Below, one piece after another: positions 1-10,676 of a stretch of DNA of 57,714 bases. The stretch covers positions 1 through 57,714 of the forward strand of contig JAKAYU010000001.1 in assembly GCA_021809525.1 (NCBI GenBank), read 5' to 3'. Below the pieces are notes generated by a model. The model was given only the letters and a program-made list of their open reading frames with translations. It did not search any database and was not told where the DNA came from. Origin of the DNA: Pseudomonadota bacterium (GTDB taxonomy: Bacteria > Pseudomonadota > Gammaproteobacteria > Steroidobacterales > Steroidobacteraceae). The position numbers were made by a program, and so were the translations under genes. Each line of letters opens with the position of its first letter. Position 1 is the first letter of the stretch.

Positions 1-96
1 GGTGAGGCGCAATTCGCGCGCAGCGCGGACTGGCGTGTCGAGGCCGACCGCATTCTCGAGCGCATTCGCGCGTCCCAAGGCGACTCTGGCGGATGA
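1..96 (+). CDS. C-terminal fragment of an upstream gene (unknown product), truncated by the window edge
   Basis: Frame 1 is open from base 1 to the TGA at 94-96 (GEAQFARSADWRVEADRILERIRASQGDSGG*). It has high GC3 and sits 4 nt before ligI. No family was recognised. Confidence 0.3.
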   Translation, partial: GEAQFARSADWRVEADRILERIRASQGDSGG

Positions 97-99
97 CCC

Positions 100-1035
100 A
101 TGACGAACACCCCGCGCGCTGAAGTCTTCACCAAGAGCCCGGGCTGGCTCGATTGGTACCCCAATCCCTCCAAGCCCCGCTTCGCCGTGCCGCCGGGCGC
201 GGTCGATGCCCATTGTCACGTGTTCGGGCCGGGGGCGGAGTTTCCGTACGCCCCGGAGCGCAAGTACACCCCGTGCGATGCGGGCAAGCGCCAGCTCTAC
301 GCATTGCGCGAGCACCTCGGCTTTGCCCGCAACGTGGTGGTGCAGGCCACCTGCCACGGGGCGGACAACCGGGCGATGCTCGACGCCCTGGTGCATTCGG
401 GCGGTCGTGCCCGGGGCGTGGCCACCGTGCGCCGCAATGTCTCCGATGGGGAGCTCGAGAGCCTGCATGCGGCGGGGGTGCGCGGTGTGCGCTTCAACTT
501 CCTCAAGCGGCTGGTCGAGTTCACTCCGCGCGAAGAGCTCCTGGAGATCGCCGGACGCATCGCGCCGCTCGGCTGGCACGTGGTGGTGTATTTCGAGGCG
601 GCCGACCTGCCGGAGCTGTGGGATTTCTTCACCGCCCTGCCCACTGCGGTGGTGGTCGATCACATGGGGCGGCCGGACGTGCGCGAAGCGGTGGACGGGC
701 CGCAGTTTCAGCGTTTCGTGCGCCTGATGCGTGAGCATCCAAACGTCTGGTCGAAGGTCTCCTGTCCCGAGCGGCTCAGCCTCAGCGGCCCGCCGGCGCT
801 GAACGGCGAGCGCAATGCCTACCGCGACGTCGTGCCCTTCGCGCGCTATCTGGTCGAGACGTTCCCGGACCGGGTGCTCTGGGGCACCGACTGGCCGCAT
901 CCGAACCTCAAGGACCACATGCCCGATGACGGGCTGCTGGTCGATTTCATCCCGCATATCGCGGTGAGTGCCGAGGCGCAGCGTAGGCTCCTCGTCAGCA
1001 ATCCCATGCGGCTGTACTGGCCGGAAGAAATCTGA
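100..1035 (+). CDS. ligI: 2-pyrone-4,6-dicarboxylate lactonase (amidohydrolase_2 family)
   Basis: 311-aa ORF with the amidohydrolase_2 metal-ligand motifs 'VDAHCHVFGP' and 'WGTDWPHP'. It lies immediately upstream of ligAB, as in protocatechuate 4,5-cleavage clusters. Confidence 0.85.
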   Translation: MTNTPRAEVFTKSPGWLDWYPNPSKPRFAVPPGAVDAHCHVFGPGAEFPYAPERKYTPCDAGKRQLYALREHLGFARNVVVQATCHGADNRAMLDALVHSGGRARGVATVRRNVSDGELESLHAAGVRGVRFNFLKRLVEFTPREELLEIAGRIAPLGWHVVVYFEAADLPELWDFFTALPTAVVVDHMGRPDVREAVDGPQFQRFVRLMREHPNVWSKVSCPERLSLSGPPALNGERNAYRDVVPFARYLVETFPDRVLWGTDWPHPNLKDHMPDDGLLVDFIPHIAVSAEAQRRLLVSNPMRLYWPEEI

Positions 1036-1049
1036 CCGAAGGGGAGAGT

Positions 1050-2284
<1,235 letters not shown>

Positions 2285-2315
2285 GCGCCGCCGAGGCAAT
2301 CCTGAAGGAGGACAC

Positions 2316-3278
2316 ATGGCCCAGACGATTCATCTTGCGCTCGCCGGTGCCGGCGCCTTCGGCATCAAGCATCTCGATGCGCTGAAGAACATCCCCGATG
2401 TGCGAGTCGTCTCGCTGGTCGGCCGCACTCTGGAGCCGACGAAGGAGGTGGCGGCCCGCTACGGGATTGAGCATGCGAGCACGGATCTGCATGATGCGCT
2501 CGCCCGCTCCGATGTCGATGCGGTGATCCTGTGTACCCCGACTCAGCTGCACGCCTCGCAGGCCATCGCGTCTCTGCAGGCCGGCAAGCACGTGCAGGTG
2601 GAGATTCCGCTCGCCGACAGTCTGGCGGACGCCGAGCAGGTCGTGCGGGCGCAGCAGGCGGCCGGCAAGGTGGCGATGGTCGGGCATACGCGCCGTTTCA
2701 ACCCCAGCCATCAATGGCTGCACCGGCGGATTGTTGCCGGAGAGCTCAACGTGCAGCAGCTGGACGTGCAGACCTATTTCTTCCGCCGCAAGAACATCAA
2801 CGCGCTCGGGCAGCCGCGCTCCTGGACCGATCACCTGCTGTGGCACCACGCGGCTCATACCGTCGATCTGTTCGCGTACCAGAGCGGGCAGATCGTGGCG
2901 GCGAACGCCCTGCAGGGTCCGATCCACCCCGAGCTCGGCATCGCCATGGACATGTCCATCCAGCTCAAGAGCCGCACGGGCGCGATCTGCACGCTCTCGC
3001 TGTCGTTCAACAACGACGGGCCGCTTGGCACCTTCTTCCGCTACATCTGCGACAACGGCACCTACATCGCCCGCTATGACGATCTCATCGACGGCAAGGA
3101 CAACAAGATCGACGTCTCGAAGGTGGATGTGTCGATGAACGGCATCGAGCTGCAGGATCGGGAGTTCCTCGCCGCAATCCGCGCCGGACGCGAACCGAAC
3201 GCGAGCGTTGCGCAGGTGCTGCCGTGCTACCGGGTGCTGGGCGCGCTCGAGCGGCAGCTCGCCGAGGCGCCGCTCTGA
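2316..3278 (+). CDS. ligC: 4-carboxy-2-hydroxymuconate-6-semialdehyde dehydrogenase (Gfo/Idh/MocA oxidoreductase)
   Basis: Rossmann N-terminus 'HLALAGAGAFGIKHL' and Gfo/Idh/MocA-type layout. The position after ligAB matches ligC. ATG 2316 is preceded by GAAGGAG; the ORF-track start at 2271 would overlap the end of ligB. Confidence 0.8.
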   Translation: MAQTIHLALAGAGAFGIKHLDALKNIPDVRVVSLVGRTLEPTKEVAARYGIEHASTDLHDALARSDVDAVILCTPTQLHASQAIASLQAGKHVQVEIPLADSLADAEQVVRAQQAAGKVAMVGHTRRFNPSHQWLHRRIVAGELNVQQLDVQTYFFRRKNINALGQPRSWTDHLLWHHAAHTVDLFAYQSGQIVAANALQGPIHPELGIAMDMSIQLKSRTGAICTLSLSFNNDGPLGTFFRYICDNGTYIARYDDLIDGKDNKIDVSKVDVSMNGIELQDREFLAAIRAGREPNASVAQVLPCYRVLGALERQLAEAPL

Positions 3279-3285
3279 GGGCGCC

Positions 3286-4206
<921 letters not shown>

Positions 4207-4326
4207 GCTGGATTCTCCCGCAGGCCTCTCGATGTGGCGATGCTAGCATCGGCGGCCCGGGGGCGCGCGCTGAGCGCCCCCGGCGGCCGTGCCAGCGGCC
4301 ATTCACCGTGAAAGACGGAGGTCGTC

Positions 4327-5196
4327 ATGAACATCGGATTCATCGGACTCGGCAATATGGGCAGCGCCATCGCCGCGCGGCTGCTTGCCGCGGGGCACAT
4401 GCTGCGGGTCTGGAACCGCAACCCGGAACCGGCGCGGCGGCTGGCCGCACAGGGCGCCGAGGCCGTGGCCACGGCGCGCGAAGCGTGCGCCGCCGAGGTG
4501 GTCTTTTCCATTCTGAGCGATGACCGCGCGGTGCGCGAGGTGCTGCTGGATGCGGCGCTGCCGGCAGCCCCCGGCACCGTGCACGTCAACATGGCAACCA
4601 TTTCGCCGCAGCTGAGCGATGAGCTCGCCGCGCGCCTGCGCGCCGCGGGCTGCGGGTACGTTGCCGCGCCGGTGCTCGGCCGGCCGGATGTCGCCGCGGC
4701 CGGCAAGCTCAACATCCTCGCGGCCGGTCCAGTCGCCGACATCGAGCGGGTGCAGGGGCTTTTGCAGGTCATCGGCCAGAAGACCTGGCGGTTCGGCGAG
4801 CGCGCCGCACAGGCCAACGTCGTCAAGCTCGCCGTGAACTTCATGCTCGCGGCCGCAATCGAGTCGATGGGCGAGGCAGCCGCGCTCGCCGGCGGCTACG
4901 GCATCGAGCCGGCGGCGCTGTTCGAGCTCGTCAGTCAGACGATTTTCCCCGGCCCGGTCTATCAGGGCTACGGCCGGGTGATCGCCGAGTCGCGCTTCGA
5001 GCCGGCCGGGTTCAAGGCGCGGCTCGGTCTGAAGGACGTGCGCCTCGCGCTCGGCGCTGCCGAGGCGGTCAACGCGCCGATGCCGTTTGGCAGCCTGGTG
5101 CGCGATTCGATGCTCGAGGCGCTCGCGCACGGGGAGGGCGAGAAGGAGTTCGGCGCGGTGCTCGGGCGCTCGGCGATGCGCCGCGCCGGGCGCTAA
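4327..5196 (+). CDS. NAD(P)-dependent beta-hydroxyacid dehydrogenase family oxidoreductase (3-hydroxyisobutyrate/6-phosphogluconate dehydrogenase-like)
   Basis: N-terminus 'MNIGFIGLGNMGSAIAARL' is the GxGxxG dinucleotide fold, and the ~290-aa length is typical. GGAGG lies 6 nt upstream of the ATG. Confidence 0.85.
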   Translation: MNIGFIGLGNMGSAIAARLLAAGHMLRVWNRNPEPARRLAAQGAEAVATAREACAAEVVFSILSDDRAVREVLLDAALPAAPGTVHVNMATISPQLSDELAARLRAAGCGYVAAPVLGRPDVAAAGKLNILAAGPVADIERVQGLLQVIGQKTWRFGERAAQANVVKLAVNFMLAAAIESMGEAAALAGGYGIEPAALFELVSQTIFPGPVYQGYGRVIAESRFEPAGFKARLGLKDVRLALGAAEAVNAPMPFGSLVRDSMLEALAHGEGEKEFGAVLGRSAMRRAGR

Positions 5197-5924
5197 AGGA
5201 GCCGTGCCGCCGCATCGAGCCAGGTGCGCTGCGCCCGCCGGTAGTGCGCCGGGGCGATGCGCGCCTGCTCGAGCAGCTCGCGGGCCACCTTGCGCGCCTC
5301 TTCGTGCTCGCCCTGCCGCTCGAGCAGCTGTGCGTAGCGCACGGAGCCCTCTGCGCCCGGATAGGCGGGCGCGAGCGCCCGGTACTCCTCGAGGGCCCGC
5401 GCGAGGTTGCCTTCCTGCTCGAGCGCGCGCGCGTAGAGCAGGTGCCGCTCGGGGGAGTTGAATCCCGGGTTGTGCTGCATCAGCGCCTCGAGTGTGACGC
5501 GCGCGCCAGCCGCATCGCCCTGGCCGAACTGCGCGCGGGCGAGCCCGAGCATGAGATTCGGATCGTGCTCGTACAGGCCCGTCAGGGTCTGGCGGTACTG
5601 GGCGATCGCCTCGCCGAAGCGGCCGTGGCGCGTGAGCTCCTCGGCATAGCGCTGCCGGCTCGCGACGTTGCCGGTGATCTGGGCCTCGCGCTCCAAGCGG
5701 CGCAGATCCCCGAATGGGTCCATGGCCTTCTTCAGCCCGCGCGCGGTGCGGTGGGCCGACTGGCTGCGGAACAGTTCCGGGAGGATCTCCACTGCCGTGT
5801 ACGCCAGCGCGCCGAGCAGCGGCAGGAACAACATCACCCAGACCCAGATCCAGTTCCGTCCGGTCTTGATGCAGTGGACGATCAGGGCAAGGGACAGGAT
5901 GTACGGCAGAATCAGGTACAGCAT
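5193..5924 (-). CDS. membrane-anchored TPR-repeat protein with PLDc_N-type N-terminal transmembrane domain
   Basis: Two N-terminal transmembrane helices ('LILPYILSLALIVHCIKTGRNWIWVWVMLFLPLLGALAY') are followed by TPR-like Ala/Leu/Tyr-rich repeats. Function unknown. Confidence 0.7.
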   Translation of the reverse strand: MLYLILPYILSLALIVHCIKTGRNWIWVWVMLFLPLLGALAYTAVEILPELFRSQSAHRTARGLKKAMDPFGDLRRLEREAQITGNVASRQRYAEELTRHGRFGEAIAQYRQTLTGLYEHDPNLMLGLARAQFGQGDAAGARVTLEALMQHNPGFNSPERHLLYARALEQEGNLARALEEYRALAPAYPGAEGSVRYAQLLERQGEHEEARKVARELLEQARIAPAHYRRAQRTWLDAAARLL

Positions 5925-6009
5925 GGGCGCGGTATCCTACCGCATCCGGCGTACCGCCCGCCCGGCCGGGAGATCGTTCCGCATTGCCGATGCTGATATT
6001 CTGCCGGCC

Positions 6010-8322
6010 ATGAAATCCCTCAGGGCGGCCGCTGTGCGCCTCGGCGTGTTCGGCCTCGCGGCACTGCTCGGCGTGCGTATCGGCGTTGCCACCGCAGCGC
6101 CTGCGGCTGCTGCCCCGCGCTTGCGACCGGGGGTATACGTCGCCAATCCGCACGCGCTGCGCCCGGGCGCAACGCATCGCCCGCGCATCGGACTGGTGCT
6201 CTCAGGAGGCGGGGCGCGCGGGCTGGCGCACATCGGTGTGCTCAAGGTGCTGCAGAAACTGCGCGTGCCGATCGACGCGATCGCCGGCACGAGCATGGGG
6301 GCGGTGGTGGGGGGGCTGTACGCCAGCGGACTTACCGCCGGGCAGATCGAGGCGGTGGTCCGCTCGCTCAACTGGCAGGAGGCGTTCCGCGATCAACCGC
6401 CGCGTCAGGATCTGTCGCTGCGGCGCAAGGAAGAAGATGAGAATTTCCTGGTCGACTTCCGCATCGGAGTGCGCGACGGCCACCTGGTGCTGCCCCAGGG
6501 GCTGATCGAGGGGCAGAGTCTCACCGAGATGCTGCGCCGCCTGACGCTCCCGGTCGCGCGCATCACCAATTTCAACGATCTGCCGACGCCCTTCCGCGCG
6601 GTCGCCACCGATCTGGCGACCGGCAAGGAAGTGGTGATGAGCTCCGGGGACCTCACCAGCGCGATGCGTGCGAGCATGTCGGCCCCGGGGGTGTTTGCGC
6701 CGGTTGCCCGCGACGGACGGCTGCTGATCGATGGCGGTGTCTCCGACAACGTGCCGATCGACGTCGCGCGCGAGATGGGCGTCGATGTGCTCATCGTCGT
6801 CGATGTGAGCTATCCGCTGCAGCCGCCGGCGCGCCTGAACGGCGTGGCGGGCATCAGCGCCCAGACGCTCGCGATCCTCATGCAGCGCAAGTCCGACGAG
6901 GAGCTGGCCACCCTGACCCCCCGGGACGTGCTCATCCGGCCGGACCTGCAGGGCATCTCCTCGTTCGATTTCGGCAACGTCAACCGCCTGCTCGCCATCG
7001 GCGAGGCGGCCGCCTGGAAGATGCGCAAGCGCCTGGAGGCGTTCTCGGTGAGTCCGGCCGCCTACCGCCGCTACGAGCAGCGGCGGGCAAGTCTGCGCAG
7101 GGTGCCCCCGCGGATCGCCTTCGTCGAGGTGCAGACCGGCTCGCGCTCCTTCTCCGCGCCGATCGAGAAGCTTTTCGGGGACATGGTCGGCAAGCGCCTC
7201 AATCCCGATGCCATCGCCCGGCGCATCACGACGCTGTACGGCCAGGGTGGTCTCGATACGCTCGATTACCAGCTGGTGCGCCGCGGCGGGCGCTACGGCC
7301 TGCTGATCGACGCGCGGCGCGCTTCGATCGGCCCGAATTACCTGCGCTTCGGGGTGAGCCTGCAGGATGACTTCTCCGGCGATGCGACGTACGAGGCGGC
7401 CGCCCGCTACGTCATGTCCGAGATCACCCGCTCGGGCGGGGAGTGGGTGACGGACGGGGAGATCGGGCAGACCTCACGGCTCGCCACCGAGGTGTATCTG
7501 CCGTTTTCGAAGTTCTCCGGTTGGTTTGTTCTGCCGCGGGTGTCGATCGGGGCGAGCGACCTGCCGTTTCTCATCGGGCAGAGCGTGCGCGCGCAGTACC
7601 GCGTGCACACGTTCAGATACGGCCTGGACATCGGCAAGCAGTTCAGCGACTGGGGCGAGATCCGCGCCGGGGTCTACCGCGAGGCGGGGCATTCGCGCCT
7701 GAGCATCGGCGATCCGAACGATCCGGCCCTGCCGTTTCCGCCGCTGCAGAACTTCGGCTCGCTCACCTACTTCCTGCGTTTCAGCTACGACACCCTCGAC
7801 AACATCAATTTCCCGCACTCCGGCGAGCAGGCGGCGCTGCAGTGGAGCAGCGCGCACCAGGCCATCGGCGCGGTGTCGAGCTACAACCGCGTGACGTTCC
7901 ATTTCATTGCGGCGCACACCTGGCATGACCGCAATACGGTGGCCTTCTCGCTCTCCGGCGGCAGCCTGCTCAACCGCGCCACCGACCTGCGCATGGAGTT
8001 TCCGCTCGGCGGGTTCCTGAACCTCTCGGGCCTGAAGCCTTACTCACTGTACGGACCGCACTACGGCATCGCGCGGCTGCTGGTGTACCGCGAGATCGAC
8101 CGCGGCGGCCCCGGCTATCTCGGAGTGCCGATCTACCTTGGCATGTCGCTCGAGGCGGGCAACGTGTGGCAGCACATGAGTCAGGCGAAGTTGAGCACCC
8201 TGCACAAGGACGCGAGCATCTTCCTCGGGCTCGACACGTTCCTCGGACCGGTTTATCTCGGCAGCGGGTTCGACGATCACGGCAACCAGGCCTACTACCT
8301 GTTCCTCGGCCGCACGTTTTGA
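6010..8322 (+). CDS. patatin-like phospholipase fused to an Omp85-type beta-barrel (PlpD-like type Vd autotransporter)
   Basis: Signal peptide '[31 protein letters not shown]'. Patatin motifs 'SGGGARG', 'GTSMGA' and 'DGGVSDN'. The long C-terminal region is rich in beta-strand patterns and ends in the outer-membrane-protein-type terminal 'LGRTF'. The start is moved to ATG 6010 because the 5668 extension overlaps the opposite-strand TPR gene. Confidence 0.85.
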   Translation: MKSLRAAAVRLGVFGLAALLGVRIGVATAAPAAAAPRLRPGVYVANPHALRPGATHRPRIGLVLSGGGARGLAHIGVLKVLQKLRVPIDAIAGTSMGAVVGGLYASGLTAGQIEAVVRSLNWQEAFRDQPPRQDLSLRRKEEDENFLVDFRIGVRDGHLVLPQGLIEGQSLTEMLRRLTLPVARITNFNDLPTPFRAVATDLATGKEVVMSSGDLTSAMRASMSAPGVFAPVARDGRLLIDGGVSDNVPIDVAREMGVDVLIVVDVSYPLQPPARLNGVAGISAQTLAILMQRKSDEELATLTPRDVLIRPDLQGISSFDFGNVNRLLAIGEAAAWKMRKRLEAFSVSPAAYRRYEQRRASLRRVPPRIAFVEVQTGSRSFSAPIEKLFGDMVGKRLNPDAIARRITTLYGQGGLDTLDYQLVRRGGRYGLLIDARRASIGPNYLRFGVSLQDDFSGDATYEAAARYVMSEITRSGGEWVTDGEIGQTSRLATEVYLPFSKFSGWFVLPRVSIGASDLPFLIGQSVRAQYRVHTFRYGLDIGKQFSDWGEIRAGVYREAGHSRLSIGDPNDPALPFPPLQNFGSLTYFLRFSYDTLDNINFPHSGEQAALQWSSAHQAIGAVSSYNRVTFHFIAAHTWHDRNTVAFSLSGGSLLNRATDLRMEFPLGGFLNLSGLKPYSLYGPHYGIARLLVYREIDRGGPGYLGVPIYLGMSLEAGNVWQHMSQAKLSTLHKDASIFLGLDTFLGPVYLGSGFDDHGNQAYYLFLGRTF

Positions 8323-8356
8323 GCCCGATCCGCGCTGGGGGAGGCGGTCCGCTCGG

Positions 8357-8623
8357 CTAGATGCGGCGGCTCTCGACCAGGTTCTCGACCTTCTGGAATA
8401 CCAGCGCCGGCTTGTCCCCGGAGCGCGAGTACAGGTGTCGACGGCTCATCTCGGCCAGCGCCGCATCGCGCTCGGCGGCGGTGGCGTACCAGTGCAGCCG
8501 GTGCCACTCGGGACCGACCAGCTTGCTGAACGGATCCCCGGGCATGAGGCTCACACGGACCCCGTAAGGCTGCGGACGCTGCGCGTAGGGTGCTTTGAGA
8601 TTTTGTGGCTGGCTGATTCCCAT
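8357..8623 (-). CDS. small conserved hypothetical protein
   Basis: 88-aa ORF with strong GC3 bias typical of real genes in this window ('[32 protein letters not shown]'). No named family recognised and no clear Shine-Dalgarno sequence. Confidence 0.5.
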   Translation of the reverse strand: MGISQPQNLKAPYAQRPQPYGVRVSLMPGDPFSKLVGPEWHRLHWYATAAERDAALAEMSRRHLYSRSGDKPALVFQKVENLVESRRI

Positions 8624-8707
8624 GGGGCGCGAAGCTTACGGTGCCAGCCGCCGCAGGCGCAAGGGCACGCCCGGAACACGGTATCATATGCCCCGGAGGA
8701 GCCCATC

Positions 8708-9370
8708 ATGGCCTCATCGCACAAGAGAATGACCCTGCCGGAGGCGCCCGAGGCGCTGCCCGGGCGCAGCACCCCGCTTAAGGTGCCCGATCTGCATTTC
8801 GTCAGCGGCCATCGCATCGTGCCGCCGTTTCCGGCGGGCCTGCGCGAGGCGCTGTTCGCGATGGGCTGCTTCTGGGGCGCCGAGCGACTCTTCTGGGAGC
8901 TGCCCGGCGTGTACGCCACGGCGGTCGGTTATGCCGGGGGCCTGACGCCCAATCCGACCTATCGGGAAGTGTGCACGGGCCTGACCGCTCATGCCGAGGT
9001 GGTGCGCGTGATCTACGATCCGGCGCGCATCGGCTACGAGGCACTGCTGAAGGCGTTCTGGGAGTCGCACGATCCCACTCAGGGGATGCGCCAGGGCGGT
9101 GATGAGGGCACGCAGTACCGCTCGATGATTTTCACCGCGGATGCCGCGCAGCGTGAGGCGGCCGAGGCATCGCGCGACGCCTATCAGGCGCGGCTCACGC
9201 CTGCCGGCCTCGGGACGATTACGACGCAGATCGCACCCTGGCCGACCTTCTACTACGCCGAGGACTACCACCAGCAGTACCTCGCGAAGAATCCGGATGG
9301 CTACTGCGGGATAGGGGGATGCGGAGTTCCCTTCAAACTCGCGGAGTTGCAAGTGAGGGAGAAGGCGTAG
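8708..9370 (+). CDS. msrA: peptide-methionine (S)-S-oxide reductase
   Basis: Catalytic 'GCFWG' motif, '[17 protein letters not shown]', '[22 protein letters not shown]'. GGAGGAG lies upstream of ATG 8708. The last ~20 codons are lower in G+C and appear to be islet-derived (see findings). Confidence 0.93.
   Translation: MASSHKRMTLPEAPEALPGRSTPLKVPDLHFVSGHRIVPPFPAGLREALFAMGCFWGAERLFWELPGVYATAVGYAGGLTPNPTYREVCTGLTAHAEVVRVIYDPARIGYEALLKAFWESHDPTQGMRQGGDEGTQYRSMIFTADAAQREAAEASRDAYQARLTPAGLGTITTQIAPWPTFYYAEDYHQQYLAKNPDGYCGIGGCGVPFKLAELQVREKA
9263..9309 (+). repeat. left copy of an imperfect direct repeat (msrA tail); candidate attL, with an 11-bp identical core GGCTACTGCGG at 9299-9309
   Basis: By hand alignment, 40 of 47 nt are identical to 11114-11160. 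The protein-level similarity continues through GYCG(I/L)GGCGV. Confidence 0.7.
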
Positions 9371-9593
9371 TATTCGCTACGCTGTGGGTTTCAACAGGAA
9401 GTCGCGTGGTTAGCATCGGCTTGCCAGAATGCACCACGTATTTCGGCAGAAAAAGGCCGGTTGGTTTCGGCGCCGACGTCTACCGGAAGTCTACCGTCTC
9501 CCGAGATCTTGGATAATCCGCGGCGAACGGGATCGGACGGTCTGGCGAAATCTATGGGAGCGGAGCGATTCACAAGAGCCTGATGGGATAGCA

Positions 9594-10315
9594 ATGGCGG
9601 TGACAAAGGAAGGCATTCTCGCGGCGATTGAGCGTGCTGCAGCAGAGCGGGGCGGGAGAATCGGCTTGGCTGCCTCTCTGGAGGAAACCGGGATCCCCGA
9701 GAAACAGATTCTTGGCAAGCACAGGGCGACTTGGAATGAAGCCCTTTCCGAGGCGGGAGTCAAGACTGCAAGTTTCGCAAAGCCTCGAACTCCAGAGGAG
9801 ACCGTACTGGAGGCCCTTAGTCAGTTCGTTGTTCGCCTCGGCAAGTGGCCAACAGAGAACCAGCTCTCCTTCGAGCGTCGTCGCAACCGCGCGTTCCCAA
9901 GCCTTGGTGTATTCCGACGAATGCTTCGAGCGTGAAACGTCCAGGGAAGCTGCTCGCCCATTGTGCGGGCCGTGAGGAATTTGCTTCGGTACGGGACCTG
10001 GTGGGTCAGTTGCCTCAGCTCGACACTGGCAACGACTTGGGCAATCGTGCACCCGTTCAGGGCTTCGTGTGCAGGATGCGTTCCGGCAGGCGCTACAAAA
10101 TTGGCTTCACCAACTCCCCGAACCGGCGATTCCGCGAAGTTCGAATCGAACTCCCGGATCCAACGCACATAGTTCATACGATCGAGACGGACGGTCCTGC
10201 AGGCATAGAGGGTTATTGGCATCGCCGGTTCGCGTCGAAGCGCGTTCGGGATACGGAGTTTTTCGAGCTCGACTCTGGCGACGTCGCGGCCTTCAAGCGA
10301 CGCAAGTACCAGTAG
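9594..10315 (+). pseudogene. frameshifted free-standing endonuclease-like gene: two homing-endonuclease-associated (HNH_repeat-type) repeats plus a C-terminal T5orf172/GIY-YIG-like domain
   Basis: The N-terminal part is in frame 0 (9594-9935: 'KEGILAAIERAAAERGGRIGL...TWNEALSEAG', second repeat 'EETVLEALSQFVVRLGKWPTENQ...FPSLGVFRR') and stops at TGA 9933-9935. The C-terminal part is in frame 2 and open from 9845 ('KLLAHCAGREEF...GFVCRMRSGRRYKIGFTNSPNRRFREVRIELPD...IEGYWHRRFASKRVRDTEFFELDSGDVAAFKRRKYQ'). The two frames overlap over 9845-9935. Confidence 0.7.
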
Positions 10316-10337
10316 ATCCGCCGGCCATTTGCTTTTT

Positions 10338-10374
10338 AGTAACGCTTGACGTTACTAACGGAAAACGTTAATAT
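10338..10374 (+). promoter_or_regulatory. candidate higBA promoter with overlapping palindromic operators
   Basis: TTGACG (10346-10351), a 17-nt spacer, then TAATAT (10369-10374). Inverted repeats are AGTAACG-cttga-CGTTACT (10338-10356) and TAACG-gaaaa-CGTTA (10356-10370). This is the most AT-rich stretch of the islet. Confidence 0.45.
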
Positions 10375-10380
10375 TCAGGC

Positions 10381-10662
10381 GTGATCAAATCCTCTCGTGG
10401 CAAGGAAGCCGGCAAGGTGTGGAGCCGCGAGTACTCCAAGCGTATTCCGCGCGACATCCAAGAGCGGGAATTGATGAAGCTGCAGCAGCTGAATGCGGCC
10501 GGAGTCCTGAAAGACCTTTCGATTCCGAGCTCGAATCCGCTCGAGTCTCTGAAGGGTGATCGAAAGGGCGAGTACAGCATTCGGATCAACAAGCAGTGGC
10601 GGATCTGTTTCAAGTGGCGTGACGGGCATGCTTTCGACGTCGAGATCGTCGACTATCACTAG
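10381..10662 (+). CDS. higB: HigB-type toxin (plasmid maintenance system killer, RelE/ParE superfamily)
   Basis: 93 aa with a GTG start. The family-typical N-terminus is 'MIKS...' and the C-terminus is 'LKGDRKGEYSIRINKQWRICFKWRDGHAFDVEIVDYH'. Confidence 0.88.
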   Translation: MIKSSRGKEAGKVWSREYSKRIPRDIQERELMKLQQLNAAGVLKDLSIPSSNPLESLKGDRKGEYSIRINKQWRICFKWRDGHAFDVEIVDYH

Positions 10663-10676
10663 GCGGGAATAGGGTT

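Noticed and set aside
5668-6009. N-terminal extensions proposed by the ORF track: patatin gene from 5668, SYLF gene to 15882, GNAT to 16544, GH15 to 26500, zwf from 48404, msrA from 8435, bkdB from 28700, ydjA from 21496.
   Set aside because: The extensions overlap neighbouring genes on the same or the opposite strand and lack homology. Internal ATG/GTG codons with Shine-Dalgarno sequences or signal peptides match the family-typical N-termini.
4303-6177. Very long ORFs antisense to, or overlapping, well-supported genes. Examples: 4303..6177(-), 11362..13239(-), 18919..21180(+), 26601..28862(-), 31777..33345(-), 40628..42511(-), 43774..45735(-), 45615..47876(-), 54155..56212(+).
   Set aside because: Their translations are Arg/Ala/Pro/Gly-rich with no family motifs, and they lie opposite genes with unambiguous homology. 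Such shadow ORFs are expected in high-G+C DNA because stop codons are AT-rich.
9845-9935. Programmed -1 ribosomal frameshifting to join the two halves of the endonuclease-like gene.
   Set aside because: There is no X-XXY-YYZ slippery heptamer and no obvious downstream stimulatory structure in the overlap. A simple 1-nt deletion or an assembly indel is more parsimonious.
10128-10150. Palindrome AGTTCGAAT/CGAACT inside the islet, considered as a possible recombination site.
   Set aside because: It is short (7-bp arms), lies inside the conserved T5orf172 coding block (REVRIELP), and is not repeated at the islet ends.
10368-10659. ORFs antisense to higB (10368..10613 and 10375..10659, minus strand).
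   Set aside because: They have no motifs and fully overlap a toxin gene that has a strong family match on the plus strand.
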